Virus record (IMG/VR): IMGVR_UViG_3300046780_000195
Coordinates: 1-43,994 of that record
Direction: 5' to 3' (one strand)
Length of the DNA stretch: 43,994 nt
DNA from: a virus
Within the stretch, counting starts at the first letter, position 1. Each line of letters opens with the position of its first letter. Both the position numbers and the translations under genes were made by a program. The notes beneath the pieces are model-generated. The model saw nothing but the letters and a program-made list of their open reading frames with translations, did no database searches and was not told where the DNA came from. Below, one piece after another: positions 24,741-31,864 of this stretch.

Positions 24741-26203
24741 CAGACGACTCCTCTCAAACCGCGTTTGAGTGCTTGGCCCGGAATCCAGGCGGGGGCGCGT
24801 CCGCCGACGAGGGCACCTTGCCCTGCAAAAGTTAAGCATAATGAATCGGCAAGATCAGGCGAGCGGCGGAGGCGGCTCTTCATGCTGTCCTTGGTCTCGA
24901 TCTTGTATTGCCCTGTGCTGTGGTAGTCGTAGCAGGTGGAGACCAGTTCCATGCGGAGTTCATCATCCTTCGGGAGACGGCAGACCCTGGTATTGAGCCA
25001 GTCCCTGACCATGATCCAGAGTTCGTCCCTCAATCGGTAGGCGCCGAGGTTCATCGAGGTCGTCTCGGAGACGTTGACATCGCGGACGTTGAACTTGAGT
25101 TCTCTAAGGCGGTCAGCGACGCCACTTCCGAGGCCAATGCTGTCGACCATGATCTCGGCAGGTCGGTCCACATTGCCTTCGGCAGCGACCCAGCCAGTAA
25201 CGCCCATGAGGTCCAATCCCCTCTGAGACTTAACTTCGAGTACGATGTTGCCTTGTCGCTTGCAGATGGTACTCCTGTCGTCACCGAATCGAGCGACATC
25301 GACGCCGTAGACGATAGGGTCTTTGGGGTTGAGGACGACATCGCGGTTCATGGCTCCGTCTACGAGGTCTGCACTGATAAGCGTCCGGGCCTCGCTGATG
25401 GGGAACTCGCCGAGGACTTTTACTCTATACTCGTTGCTGCCTTCGCCCCATCTGTGAAGCGTGTCGGCGATGAAGTCGTTGCTCACCAGCCGATTGCCCA
25501 CGCAGGATTCGTGCATGGTCGTCCAGTTGGCCCGGAGACTGTTATGGGTGTCGAAGAAGAAGCCCGAGTTGCGGGTCGGGTTGCCAATGAGGATCGTGAC
25601 GCAGTTGTGGCCGGACATCGAGCCAGCGGCCGCACTGTAGACTGCTTCCGGTATCCCGGAAGCCTCGTCGAAGATCAAAAGGACGAAGCCGTCTGAATGC
25701 ACTCCCTGCATGGCCTCCGGCCGGTCCATAGAGGAGGTCTTCGCTGACACAAACGACTCTTCGATCTTCCGGTCCAGTTCCGCTTTCAGGACGATCCGGT
25801 CGGTCAGGACGACGAACAGGACACGGCAGAACTCTGGCAGCCTTGAAAACCACTTCTTGATCTCGGGGTACAGCGCGTCGAACAACTGTCCTGCAGCAGG
25901 GGCCGTCACCACGGTCTTCTGGGGATACCTGACCGTCTGGTGCCATACGACCAGCATCCCGCAGGCGGCGGTCTTGCCCACCCCATGGCCCGTCCTGACA
26001 CTGATCCTTCGCTTGCCCTCCGCTACGCTTCGCATGAACTCGCGCTGCCACGACAGCAACTCGACCTTCAGGACCTCCTCGGCAAAGGCCACAGGGTCAT
26101 GCCGGTACCTGTGCACAAACGCCGTGTACTGGTCGAACATGACCCTCGCCTGCTCGGCAGCCCTCAACTGGGCAGGACGAGGCTTCAGGGCAGTCTCAGC
26201 CAT
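24740..26203 (-). CDS. terL: terminase large subunit
   Basis: Walker A-like RTGHGVGKT and Walker B-like VLLIFDEASGIP, with a C-terminal nuclease-like half (…YGVDVARFGDDRS…). Start chosen at MAETALKP (26203), 8 nt into the upstream gene. Confidence 0.85.
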   Translation of the reverse strand: MAETALKPRPAQLRAAEQARVMFDQYTAFVHRYRHDPVAFAEEVLKVELLSWQREFMRSVAEGKRRISVRTGHGVGKTAACGMLVVWHQTVRYPQKTVVTAPAAGQLFDALYPEIKKWFSRLPEFCRVLFVVLTDRIVLKAELDRKIEESFVSAKTSSMDRPEAMQGVHSDGFVLLIFDEASGIPEAVYSAAAGSMSGHNCVTILIGNPTRNSGFFFDTHNSLRANWTTMHESCVGNRLVSNDFIADTLHRWGEGSNEYRVKVLGEFPISEARTLISADLVDGAMNRDVVLNPKDPIVYGVDVARFGDDRSTICKRQGNIVLEVKSQRGLDLMGVTGWVAAEGNVDRPAEIMVDSIGLGSGVADRLRELKFNVRDVNVSETTSMNLGAYRLRDELWIMVRDWLNTRVCRLPKDDELRMELVSTCYDYHSTGQYKIETKDSMKSRLRRSPDLADSLCLTFAGQGALVGGRAPAWIPGQALKRGLRGVV

Positions 26204-26483
26204 TGCCGCTGGCCTCGACCGCATTCAGAAGCTCGGGATAGTGCTTCAGCATCGCCACCAAGTATTCCTGGCGGTCACAATGAACCAGCCGCGACAGGTA
26301 GGTGATTGCCTTCCTGAAGGACTCCGCGCAATCGTCCTCATGATTGATAAATTGTGCCGCCACCGACAGACACGCCATCACTCCGATCTTCGGGTCATCG
26401 TCATGGTTCAACGCCTTCCACAGCAACTCCTTCATGTCCCGCACACGCTTGTGCCGAGCATCAAGATCATAGTCGTCAGCCAC
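26196..26483 (-). CDS. hypothetical helical protein (95 aa)
   Basis: GTG start at 26483 preceded by AGGAAG 7 nt upstream: VADDYDLDARHKRVRDMKELLWKAL… The upstream part of track ORF 26196..26603 runs through the repeat region and looks non-coding. Confidence 0.5.
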   Translation of the reverse strand: MADDYDLDARHKRVRDMKELLWKALNHDDDPKIGVMACLSVAAQFINHEDDCAESFRKAITYLSRLVHCDRQEYLVAMLKHYPELLNAVEASGNG

Positions 26484-26553
26484 GAGCCCACTTCCTCTCC
26501 CGGTAAGCCGCCTGTTTGGCAGCCCCGCTCTCGTACTTCCGGGGCCTCCCACC

Positions 26554-26593
26554 TTTCGTAACAAGACGCTGTTTCGTAACAGCCTTTCGTAAC
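26554..26593 (-). repeat. three direct repeats of GTTACGAAA (minus-strand sense) in the terS-terL gap
   Basis: TTTCGTAAC occurs on the plus strand at 26554-26562, 26572-26580 and 26585-26593, inside a 330-bp non-coding stretch. Confidence 0.85.
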
Positions 26594-26815
26594 GTAGGCG
26601 CAACCCTCACCAAAGGCTCTTCTCGGACTCGGATCACTGCTACTCCCCAATTTTTCTAAATTTCCTGAACAGAATGTGGGAGTGCTGCATCGGCAGCCGC
26701 CCCCTCTGGTGGTCACCGCATCCGGGGGGCTCGATCGCTGCCCTGCCCTGCCATGCGGCTAAGCCATTGATATTGCTACGTTCTTCGTTCCTCGTTGGTT
26801 ATCGCATAACGTACA

Positions 26816-27328
26816 TTATGACAAATCATCATGAACGTCTGGGCAACCTGTGTCCTCAACGTCTGTGACATCAGCGGCCGTGCTTGCCTCCCTCTGCTCT
26901 CTCTTCCCTTGCACTGCCTTGCCTACCTCTTCGGTAATGCGTCTGTCTGTGTACTGCATCAGTGCGTCTAGATGCTGTTGAGTTACGTCTGCGTTGAGGT
27001 TCAGGCTTCTCTCTACCAGGTAGCCTTGAGCCTTTAGAATCAGCTCTGTTGCCTTTATGGCTGGTCCGTATTGCTGGTCTACTGATGCTTGCTCTGCAAT
27101 ATGGGCAGCATTGTTGATCAGCGTCTCTCTGCTGATGTCGAGGCGCTCTTGCATGCGGCGTCTATGGGCTGCGATCTCCTTGGAGACTTTAGCATTGCTT
27201 ATCAGCCTTGAGCCTTGGACGTGAGCACTTGGCTGGGCGTATCCGGCTTTGATTGCAGCTTGGGTGCCGTTACCTGTCTTCACGTATTCACGGGCAAACT
27301 TGTCTTGTCTGATCGACAGGTCAGACAT
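26816..27328 (-). CDS. terS: terminase small subunit (Terminase_2-like)
   Basis: LSIRQDKFAREYVKTGNGTQAAIKAGYAQPSAHVQGSRLISNAKVSKEI matches the conserved terS N-terminal HTH motif (L..kq..F..eY…gN.t.Aa..AGYs…A). Confidence 0.75.
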   Translation of the reverse strand: MSDLSIRQDKFAREYVKTGNGTQAAIKAGYAQPSAHVQGSRLISNAKVSKEIAAHRRRMQERLDISRETLINNAAHIAEQASVDQQYGPAIKATELILKAQGYLVERSLNLNADVTQQHLDALMQYTDRRITEEVGKAVQGKREQREASTAADVTDVEDTGCPDVHDDLS

Positions 27329-27569
27329 TTGCGGCCTTCAGGGCTCTGGCTTCCTTGGTCCGGCCGTCGAGCTTCACAAGCTCAGGCAACACCATGGGCG
27401 ATGGCACTGCCGCGTGAATGCCGGGAATAGGCTTGGCCAGCTCGTCCCTTGCGGCCAGCAAGGTTGTGCGGACCTCCAGCCAGTTTCGATAGTCTGCCTG
27501 GAATTGGGCGTGTTCGACGGACTGGTCTGCAATGCGGATAGCAGCTGTTAGGCGATCGATGATCGTCAA
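27321..27569 (-). CDS. hypothetical protein (82 aa), first gene of the late block
   Basis: TTG start at 27569 with GGAGG 9 nt upstream, and an 8-nt overlap with terS. Confidence 0.5.
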   Translation of the reverse strand: MTIIDRLTAAIRIADQSVEHAQFQADYRNWLEVRTTLLAARDELAKPIPGIHAAVPSPMVLPELVKLDGRTKEARALKAANV

Positions 27570-27632
27570 GGTTCATAACCTCCAAGGGATGGATGAACCG
27601 TATGAGAATGCGCGCGAGGACAATGACGAGGT

Positions 27633-27661
27633 AATATCTAGGCGTCAAGTGTCGCTGCCAA
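27633..27661 (-). promoter_or_regulatory. possible sigma70-type promoter for the late block
   Basis: The minus strand reads TTGGCA-17 nt-GATATT, about 65 nt upstream of the TTG start at 27569. This is a pattern match only. Confidence 0.25.
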
Positions 27662-27730
27662 TACCATCGATAGGCGTTGATACCGATCTGTGACTAAGAT
27701 TGTTGGGTCAGCAAACAAAACTAGTCAGCA

Positions 27731-27898
27731 TTACTGACCTTGTTCCGCGTGCTTGATGTCCTTGCGCGCTGCTCGAAGGGCAATCATCCGCAGCCATGCT
27801 GACAGGCTCAAACCGTTGAGGTTTGCCGCTTCGGTCCATTGGCCGATTTCTTCAGCTTTCGCCCTGATATTGATCTGTGGCCGCGTGTCCTTTGCCAT
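27731..27898 (-). CDS. ribbon-helix-helix (CopG/Arc-like) DNA-binding protein (55 aa)
   Basis: Hand-read as MAKDTRPQINIRAKAEEIGQWTEAANLNGLSLSAWLRMIALRAARKDIKHAEQGQ. This gives a beta-strand (QINIR) followed by two helices (…SLSAWLRMIA…), typical of RHH proteins. It is divergent from the early plus-strand genes. Confidence 0.55.
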   Translation of the reverse strand: MAKDTRPQINIRAKAEEIGQWTEAANLNGLSLSAWLRMIALRAARKDIKHAEQGQ

Positions 27899-27921
27899 GC
27901 ACTCTTTATAGCATCATCCAA

Positions 27922-27983
27922 TGTCTAGCGATATGCTTAAAGTTATGCACAGCTATGCGCCAATGACTGCTAGACAATCGCTA
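27922..27983. promoter_or_regulatory. inverted-repeat operator candidate in the divergent control region
   Basis: TGTCTAGC/TAGCGAT at 27922-27932 is mirrored by GCTAGACA + ATCGCTA at 27969-27983. TATGC recurs at about 27932, 27944 and 27954. Confidence 0.35.
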
Positions 27984-27999
27984 TAGGCTTCCCCATACT
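27971..27999 (+). promoter_or_regulatory. possible early promoter (TAGACA-17-CATACT)
   Basis: The spacing fits a sigma70-type promoter about 28 nt upstream of the AAAGGGGAA RBS and the ATG at 28027. The -35 element lies within the inverted repeat. Confidence 0.3.
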
Positions 28000-28026
28000 C
28001 TCACTGTCAGCAAAGGGGAACCGCAT

Positions 28027-28275
28027 ATGACCGAATCAGAGTTTATCGCTAAAGAGCAGGCCAAGCATGACCGCAAGAATGCTCGGCTGTTGCGTGGCGT
28101 TCATCATACCGGCCGCATTGGTCGCGAGAATGGCGAAACGTATCTCTGCAACAACTTGATTGCGTTTGGGGGCCCGCGTCCCGAAATCAGCAATCCTTAT
28201 AACTGTTTCCGCCTCACTAAAGGAGGCGTGGCGATGCTCGATGAGATCGAATTTCGCCTTTCTCTCGCCCGCTAA
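28027..28275 (+). CDS. hypothetical early protein (82 aa)
   Basis: Track ORF with RBS AAAGGGGAA 7 nt upstream. Confidence 0.55.
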   Translation: MTESEFIAKEQAKHDRKNARLLRGVHHTGRIGRENGETYLCNNLIAFGGPRPEISNPYNCFRLTKGGVAMLDEIEFRLSLAR

Positions 28276-28301
28276 CCCCTCACCCTATGGGAGACCGTAT
28301 C

Positions 28302-28505
28302 ATGCGCTACAAAAACGCCGCTGAATATGAAACCGAGAGAATGAACCGCTTGGCCGATCATATCGCCCATGCATTGGATGACGGCTATTGCTGCCATACC
28401 GCGTTGCACGGAACGACGTGCGATTACTGCGGAACAGTTTTCAAGACGTTTGAAGATGCAATGGCCGCTAGTGCCGAAGCTATGCGCAAATTGCCACGTT
28501 TCTAG
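28302..28505 (+). CDS. hypothetical early protein (67 aa) with Cys/His cluster
   Basis: The ATG at 28302 has GGGAG upstream, whereas the track start at 28287 has none. It contains DDGYCCHTALHGTTCDYCG. Confidence 0.5.
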   Translation: MRYKNAAEYETERMNRLADHIAHALDDGYCCHTALHGTTCDYCGTVFKTFEDAMAASAEAMRKLPRF

Positions 28506-28506
28506 C

Positions 28507-28550
28507 TGACCTAGCGCGCAATCCCCTGCTGCGGTGGGGGATTTCCGATA
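28507..28550 (+). promoter_or_regulatory. conserved stem-loop element, copy 1 (possible terminator/processing site)
   Basis: TGACCTAGCGC-gc-AATCCCC-loop-GGGGATT-t-CCGATA, immediately after a stop codon. It shares flanks and structure with 29722..29764. Confidence 0.55.
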
Positions 28551-28618
28551 TGCCAGCAATCTCAAGAGTTTAGTTCGCTTTGCCTCGCGTATCACCAGCA
28601 CCTGAAAGGGGAAACACT

Positions 28619-28822
28619 ATGCAAACTTATCACGCCCACGAAAGGCCTTGCGCGGCTCCCGGACTCACTTCGTATCGCATTCGCGGAGTCTTTGGCTGGA
28701 TTATGATCGGCGCTAAAGACGTTCCCGACGCAATGCGCGAGGCGTTTCGGTCTAGCGGTTACTGCAAGCGCGAAACGCTGCAAGTCTGGGATGCGGCAAC
28801 GGCCAAGTACGTCAACGTCTAG
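28619..28822 (+). CDS. hypothetical early protein (67 aa)
   Basis: Start MQTYHAHERPC preceded by CCAGCACCTGAAAGG + 9 nt. This is the internal start of track ORF 28580..28822. Confidence 0.5.
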   Translation: MQTYHAHERPCAAPGLTSYRIRGVFGWIMIGAKDVPDAMREAFRSSGYCKRETLQVWDAATAKYVNV

Positions 28823-28873
28823 CATCCCGAGGCGAAGCGAACCCTAATCCCAGCACCTGAAAGGACAAGCACC

Positions 28874-29098
28874 ATGACCATCATCGGCACATCGCATTTC
28901 GTCAATTTCACGAAGGCCTGCGATTACTACAAAGGCCAAGGCTATGACGATCTCAGCGTCAGCGAGTTAGAGCGATTCGTGCGCGACAAGCTGGACGACG
29001 GCGAGATAGAGCTAGGCAAGCCGGAATTGAACATCGGCGAGACCTTGCTGCTGATCGACGAAGGCACTCGTTACGCCGTCTCTCAGGCTAAGACATAG
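28874..29098 (+). CDS. hypothetical early protein (74 aa)
   Basis: Track ORF preceded by the same CCAGCACCTGAAAGG + 9 nt context. Confidence 0.55.
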   Translation: MTIIGTSHFVNFTKACDYYKGQGYDDLSVSELERFVRDKLDDGEIELGKPELNIGETLLLIDEGTRYAVSQAKT

Positions 29099-29105
29099 GC
29101 CCGCC

Positions 29106-29297
29106 ATGACACAGATTGACTTGCTCGCCATGGAAAAAATGCACGCCGCTGTGTGCAGTCTTCGCAGCCAGATCGGTTATGAGGCTCGCCATTATAGCCT
29201 TTCAGTCGCAGGCCGTGACGTTCTCAATGAATTGGCCGCGAAACTTAACAGTGCTGCCAATGGCATCAAAGCCGAAATAGCTAACGCTAAGGCATAG
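29106..29297 (+). CDS. hypothetical early protein (63 aa)
   Basis: Track ORF with helical composition. Confidence 0.5.
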   Translation: MTQIDLLAMEKMHAAVCSLRSQIGYEARHYSLSVAGRDVLNELAAKLNSAANGIKAEIANAKA

Positions 29298-29306
29298 GGG
29301 GAGAGC

Positions 29307-29561
29307 ATGGAAAACACAATGGCTAAAAGTGACGCAACAATGCTTCTACTGGCTGAAAAGGATTCACATGCGCGGACTATAGCGGCGCTCCTATCGGCTT
29401 TGCATTTTGCGGCGGCTGGATTCGCTGTCATCAATAACAATTTGCCAGAAAGCCCTGTGTCCGCAAAAAAATTTGCACATGAGAACTTCCGTGCGTGCAA
29501 GGCGGCTATCGCTCAAATAGAAGCCGAACAATCGCAGGAGGACAATCATGCAAATGCATGA
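29307..29561 (+). CDS. hypothetical early protein (84 aa)
   Basis: Track ORF with GGGGAG upstream of the ATG. Confidence 0.5.
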   Translation: MENTMAKSDATMLLLAEKDSHARTIAALLSALHFAAAGFAVINNNLPESPVSAKKFAHENFRACKAAIAQIEAEQSQEDNHANA

Positions 29562-29724
29562 ATGGCTCAAAGAGCCGAAATCACGAGGCCAAATTGCCTA
29601 TGAGGAAGATGTGCGACGAGCGCCGCGCTACCATGATGGTACTCCACGCAAAGCATGGAGGCAACTTTGCGGCGTCGCGCAATGGTCATGGATATGCAAT
29701 CCAATCCCGCGCACCTACAATTGA
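29548..29724 (+). CDS. hypothetical early protein (58 aa)
   Basis: AGGAGG lies 6 nt upstream of ATG 29548: MQMHEWLKEPKSRGQIAYEEDVRRAPRYHDGTPRKAWRQL… The stop sits exactly at the start of stem-loop copy 2, as for copy 1. The competing frame 29495..29773 would read through the hairpin. Confidence 0.4.
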   Translation: MQMHEWLKEPKSRGQIAYEEDVRRAPRYHDGTPRKAWRQLCGVAQWSWICNPIPRTYN

Positions 29725-29764
29725 CCTAGCGCATAATGCCCTTCGCCGAGGGGCATTATCGATA
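29722..29764 (+). promoter_or_regulatory. conserved stem-loop element, copy 2
   Basis: TGACCTAGCGC-ATAATGCCC-ttcgccgag-GGGCATTAT-CGATA, a 9-bp stem. The stem differs from copy 1 by paired (compensatory) changes. Confidence 0.55.
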
Positions 29765-29817
29765 GGGCAATAAAGCCCAGAAAGGAACTACCATGACCCG
29801 CCCGCGTTTCACTGACT

Positions 29818-30018
29818 ATGGTCGAAACAGTTATCACGCTCCTGATCTACATAGCCCTGGTCGTGGGCCTCGTCTGGCTCGTGCTATGGGTTCTCGAATC
29901 CATTGGCGTGCCTCTCCCCCCTCAGGTGGCCAAGGTGATGTGGGTCGTCGCGGCCCTCGTTATCCTGCTCTTGCTATGGCGTGCGCTCTCGCCTGTTTTG
30001 CACCTGCCATTGCATTAG
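29818..30018 (+). CDS. small two-TM membrane protein (66 aa)
   Basis: MVETVITLLIYIALVVGLVWLVLWVLESIGVPLPPQVAKVMWVVAALVILLLLWRAL has two strongly hydrophobic helices. No obvious RBS is present. Confidence 0.45.
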   Translation: MVETVITLLIYIALVVGLVWLVLWVLESIGVPLPPQVAKVMWVVAALVILLLLWRALSPVLHLPLH

Positions 30019-30230
30019 CCCAGCAATCCATCACCACCATAGACATGGGCGACGGGCTGTATATCTCGACCGACCAGTCAGGCCGGCAGGCCACGACGAT
30101 CGACGTGGGTGGCGGCATATCCACCACCACCACGCAACCTGGGTTCGGCCAGCCCACGTTCCCCCAGCCTGCGTTGCCGCCCCTGCCGCCAATCTACGTT
30201 CCCCAACCTACGTACAATCCCTATAGGTGA
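29976..30230 (+). CDS. possible secreted Pro/Thr-rich protein (84 aa)
   Basis: An internal ATG of track ORF 29793..30230 gives the signal-peptide-like MACALACFAPAIALA-QQ, then …GGGISTTTTQPGFGQPTFPQPALPPLPPIYVPQPTYNPYR. It overlaps the previous ORF by 43 nt. Confidence 0.3.
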   Translation: MACALACFAPAIALAQQSITTIDMGDGLYISTDQSGRQATTIDVGGGISTTTTQPGFGQPTFPQPALPPLPPIYVPQPTYNPYR

Positions 30231-30232
30231 AC

Positions 30233-30715
30233 CTACGTAGGGACGTGCGTTGCTTGAACGTACGCTCTCCGCTTGCGCAGTTTGATATTGGTAACGTGCG
30301 CTCCAGAAATCCCATATTCGGCTGCCACAAGGTCGCGCTTGCGCCGGTCATTCCTGATGGCCAGAACCTGCGCTTCGCTCAGGCGGGCTAAATCTGGCCT
30401 GTTGCGACCCTTCAACCCACGTCCCTTGGCCGCCTTGTCCCGATGGTTGTCCAGATCTGTGCCTAGGAACAGATGACGTGGGTTTATGCAACGTGTGTTG
30501 TCGCATGTATGACAAACAAGCATTCCGGCTGGAATAGGCCCGTGGACCGCAATCCATGACAGGCGATGGGCACGCCATTGGCGACCCTCCCACCAAACTG
30601 CGCCATACATGCCTTCATGAGCTTTACCAGCTAGTCCGCCAGTCCAGTTCCAGCAGGCTTGCGCACCACCGCTCTGGTCACTGTATTTAGCCAGTTTAGA
30701 AACGATGCTGGTCAT
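30233..30715 (-). CDS. HNH homing endonuclease (HNH_3 type + HTH), copy 2 of 3
   Basis: CWNWTGG…YGAVWWEGRQWRAHRLSWIAVHGPIPAGMLVCHTCDNTRCINPRHLFLGTDLDN, then LSEAQVLAIRNDRR…YGISGAHVTNI. Confidence 0.85.
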   Translation of the reverse strand: MTSIVSKLAKYSDQSGGAQACWNWTGGLAGKAHEGMYGAVWWEGRQWRAHRLSWIAVHGPIPAGMLVCHTCDNTRCINPRHLFLGTDLDNHRDKAAKGRGLKGRNRPDLARLSEAQVLAIRNDRRKRDLVAAEYGISGAHVTNIKLRKRRAYVQATHVPT

Positions 30716-31577
30716 TCTTCGTGGGCTCGAAAATCAACGTCGGATCGTGAGCCTTGATATACGCTATTGCGGCCTTTTCGGCAGCCAAATAACGATCATC
30801 CAAGGGCGCGGGTCTCTCGATTTGGCGCACGATTTCTTCAGATGCCGGCAAGCCTGCTTCGTCACGTTTCTTCCACAGACCTACCAATTCCTCCAGATTT
30901 TTAGGCGTGGGAAGATCTAGCGTCTGACGGATAATATCAGCCATGTTCAGTCGCTCTAGACGGGTGATACCAAAATGGGTCCACCACAAATCCATTCGCC
31001 GCAAGCGCGGGTTCCATTTATTGGCTTTACTGGCGAAATTGATGGGCAGCATAGGTAGTCCGTTGCCCGTGATGAATGAATAAGTTTCGGATATGGCCGT
31101 ATCTGAAAACCACATGGGGTAACGCTCGTCGAGTAGGTGCCCGACCATCTCGAACCACCTGCGTCCGATGGCGAATAGCGTGGGTTGCCCCGGATTGGCC
31201 TGATCCTGCAAGCCGGCGATCTTCAGGTCTGCGTGCGTCCAGTCGTGGTTCCTCCATGCCCAGTCCAGGCAATGGTCCCAGTTCGGCGTGGCGATGATGC
31301 CGTCGTCGGGCAGGGTCAGCATCACCTCGGCGTCCGTAAGGGCAGCGCAGCGGTTCCAGCATGCGCCTACGCCAACGGGACGCACGTCAACGCTGATACG
31401 TGCGTTGTGCTGGATATGCGCCAGAACGCCGGTTGGCCAGCATTCTACGTCGTCCTCGTCGCACGCTACCACGAACTCAAGCATGTTCTCCCCCGTGGAC
31501 AACATGCGCAGCGACTCGATGATGCCGATCACGTTGCGTGGCTTGCCTCGGGTCGCGATAATCGCTGCAATCTTCAT
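30696..31577 (-). CDS. GT-A-like glycosyltransferase (293 aa)
   Basis: MKIAAIIATRGKPRN…FVVACDEDD…MLTLPDDGI gives a Rossmann-like start, an acidic DxD/DD motif and spacing typical of GT-A enzymes. The call is by pattern only. Confidence 0.45.
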   Translation of the reverse strand: MKIAAIIATRGKPRNVIGIIESLRMLSTGENMLEFVVACDEDDVECWPTGVLAHIQHNARISVDVRPVGVGACWNRCAALTDAEVMLTLPDDGIIATPNWDHCLDWAWRNHDWTHADLKIAGLQDQANPGQPTLFAIGRRWFEMVGHLLDERYPMWFSDTAISETYSFITGNGLPMLPINFASKANKWNPRLRRMDLWWTHFGITRLERLNMADIIRQTLDLPTPKNLEELVGLWKKRDEAGLPASEEIVRQIERPAPLDDRYLAAEKAAIAYIKAHDPTLIFEPTKNDQHRF

Positions 31578-31864
31578 TTGATGTCATAAAGTTGAACGGC
31601 TTCAGTGGCGGTATAGATGCGCGTGGGGTGTGGCCGTTCGCGATCTTCCGCCATCAGATTCTGGCTCTCGACGGGTCTCGGATGCTTCCTGCCGTCCCAT
31701 AGCACCATGTAATAAGCTGCTGGCTGCTGGTAGAAATCGAGGACCTTGCGGACCGTTCCAAAGCGCCGCCCCCAATGGCCAATCCGGGGATTGATTAAGG
31801 CCGCATCCGAGATCATTACGCGATCACCCTTCTCAAATACCACGGCTCTGCCCTCCATCGACAA
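31574..31864 (-). CDS. hypothetical protein (96 aa)
   Basis: Track ORF with an ATGA overlap with the downstream GT-like gene. Confidence 0.5.
   Translation of the reverse strand: MSMEGRAVVFEKGDRVMISDAALINPRIGHWGRRFGTVRKVLDFYQQPAAYYMVLWDGRKHPRPVESQNLMAEDRERPHPTRIYTATEAVQLYDIK

Noticed and set aside
26604-26815. Possible tRNA or small RNA gene in the only large intergenic region.
   Set aside because: No T-loop-like GTTCGAATC/GGTTCRANY box or cloverleaf-compatible stems were seen by eye. This was not verified with a tRNA scanner.
28827-28839. 13-mer CCGAGGCGAAGCG shared between 28827..28839 and 38803..38815.
   Set aside because: Tens of exact 13-mer coincidences are expected by chance in ~44 kb on both strands, and the two sites share no positional context.
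29495-29773. 92-aa track ORF competing with the 58-aa ORF at 29548..29724.
   Set aside because: It overlaps the preceding gene by 66 nt (or starts at 29558 without an RBS) and would read through the conserved stem-loop. The 58-aa frame has AGGAGG 6 nt upstream and stops exactly where the element begins. Third-position GC does not discriminate, so confidence is modest.
29793-30230. Taking the full 145-aa track ORF as a single protein.
   Set aside because: Its N-terminal 60 aa (Arg/Pro/Gly-rich) look like the off-frame translation of the nested 2-TM ORF, and a signal-peptide-like segment appears only at residue 62. The full-length option is kept open in the findings.
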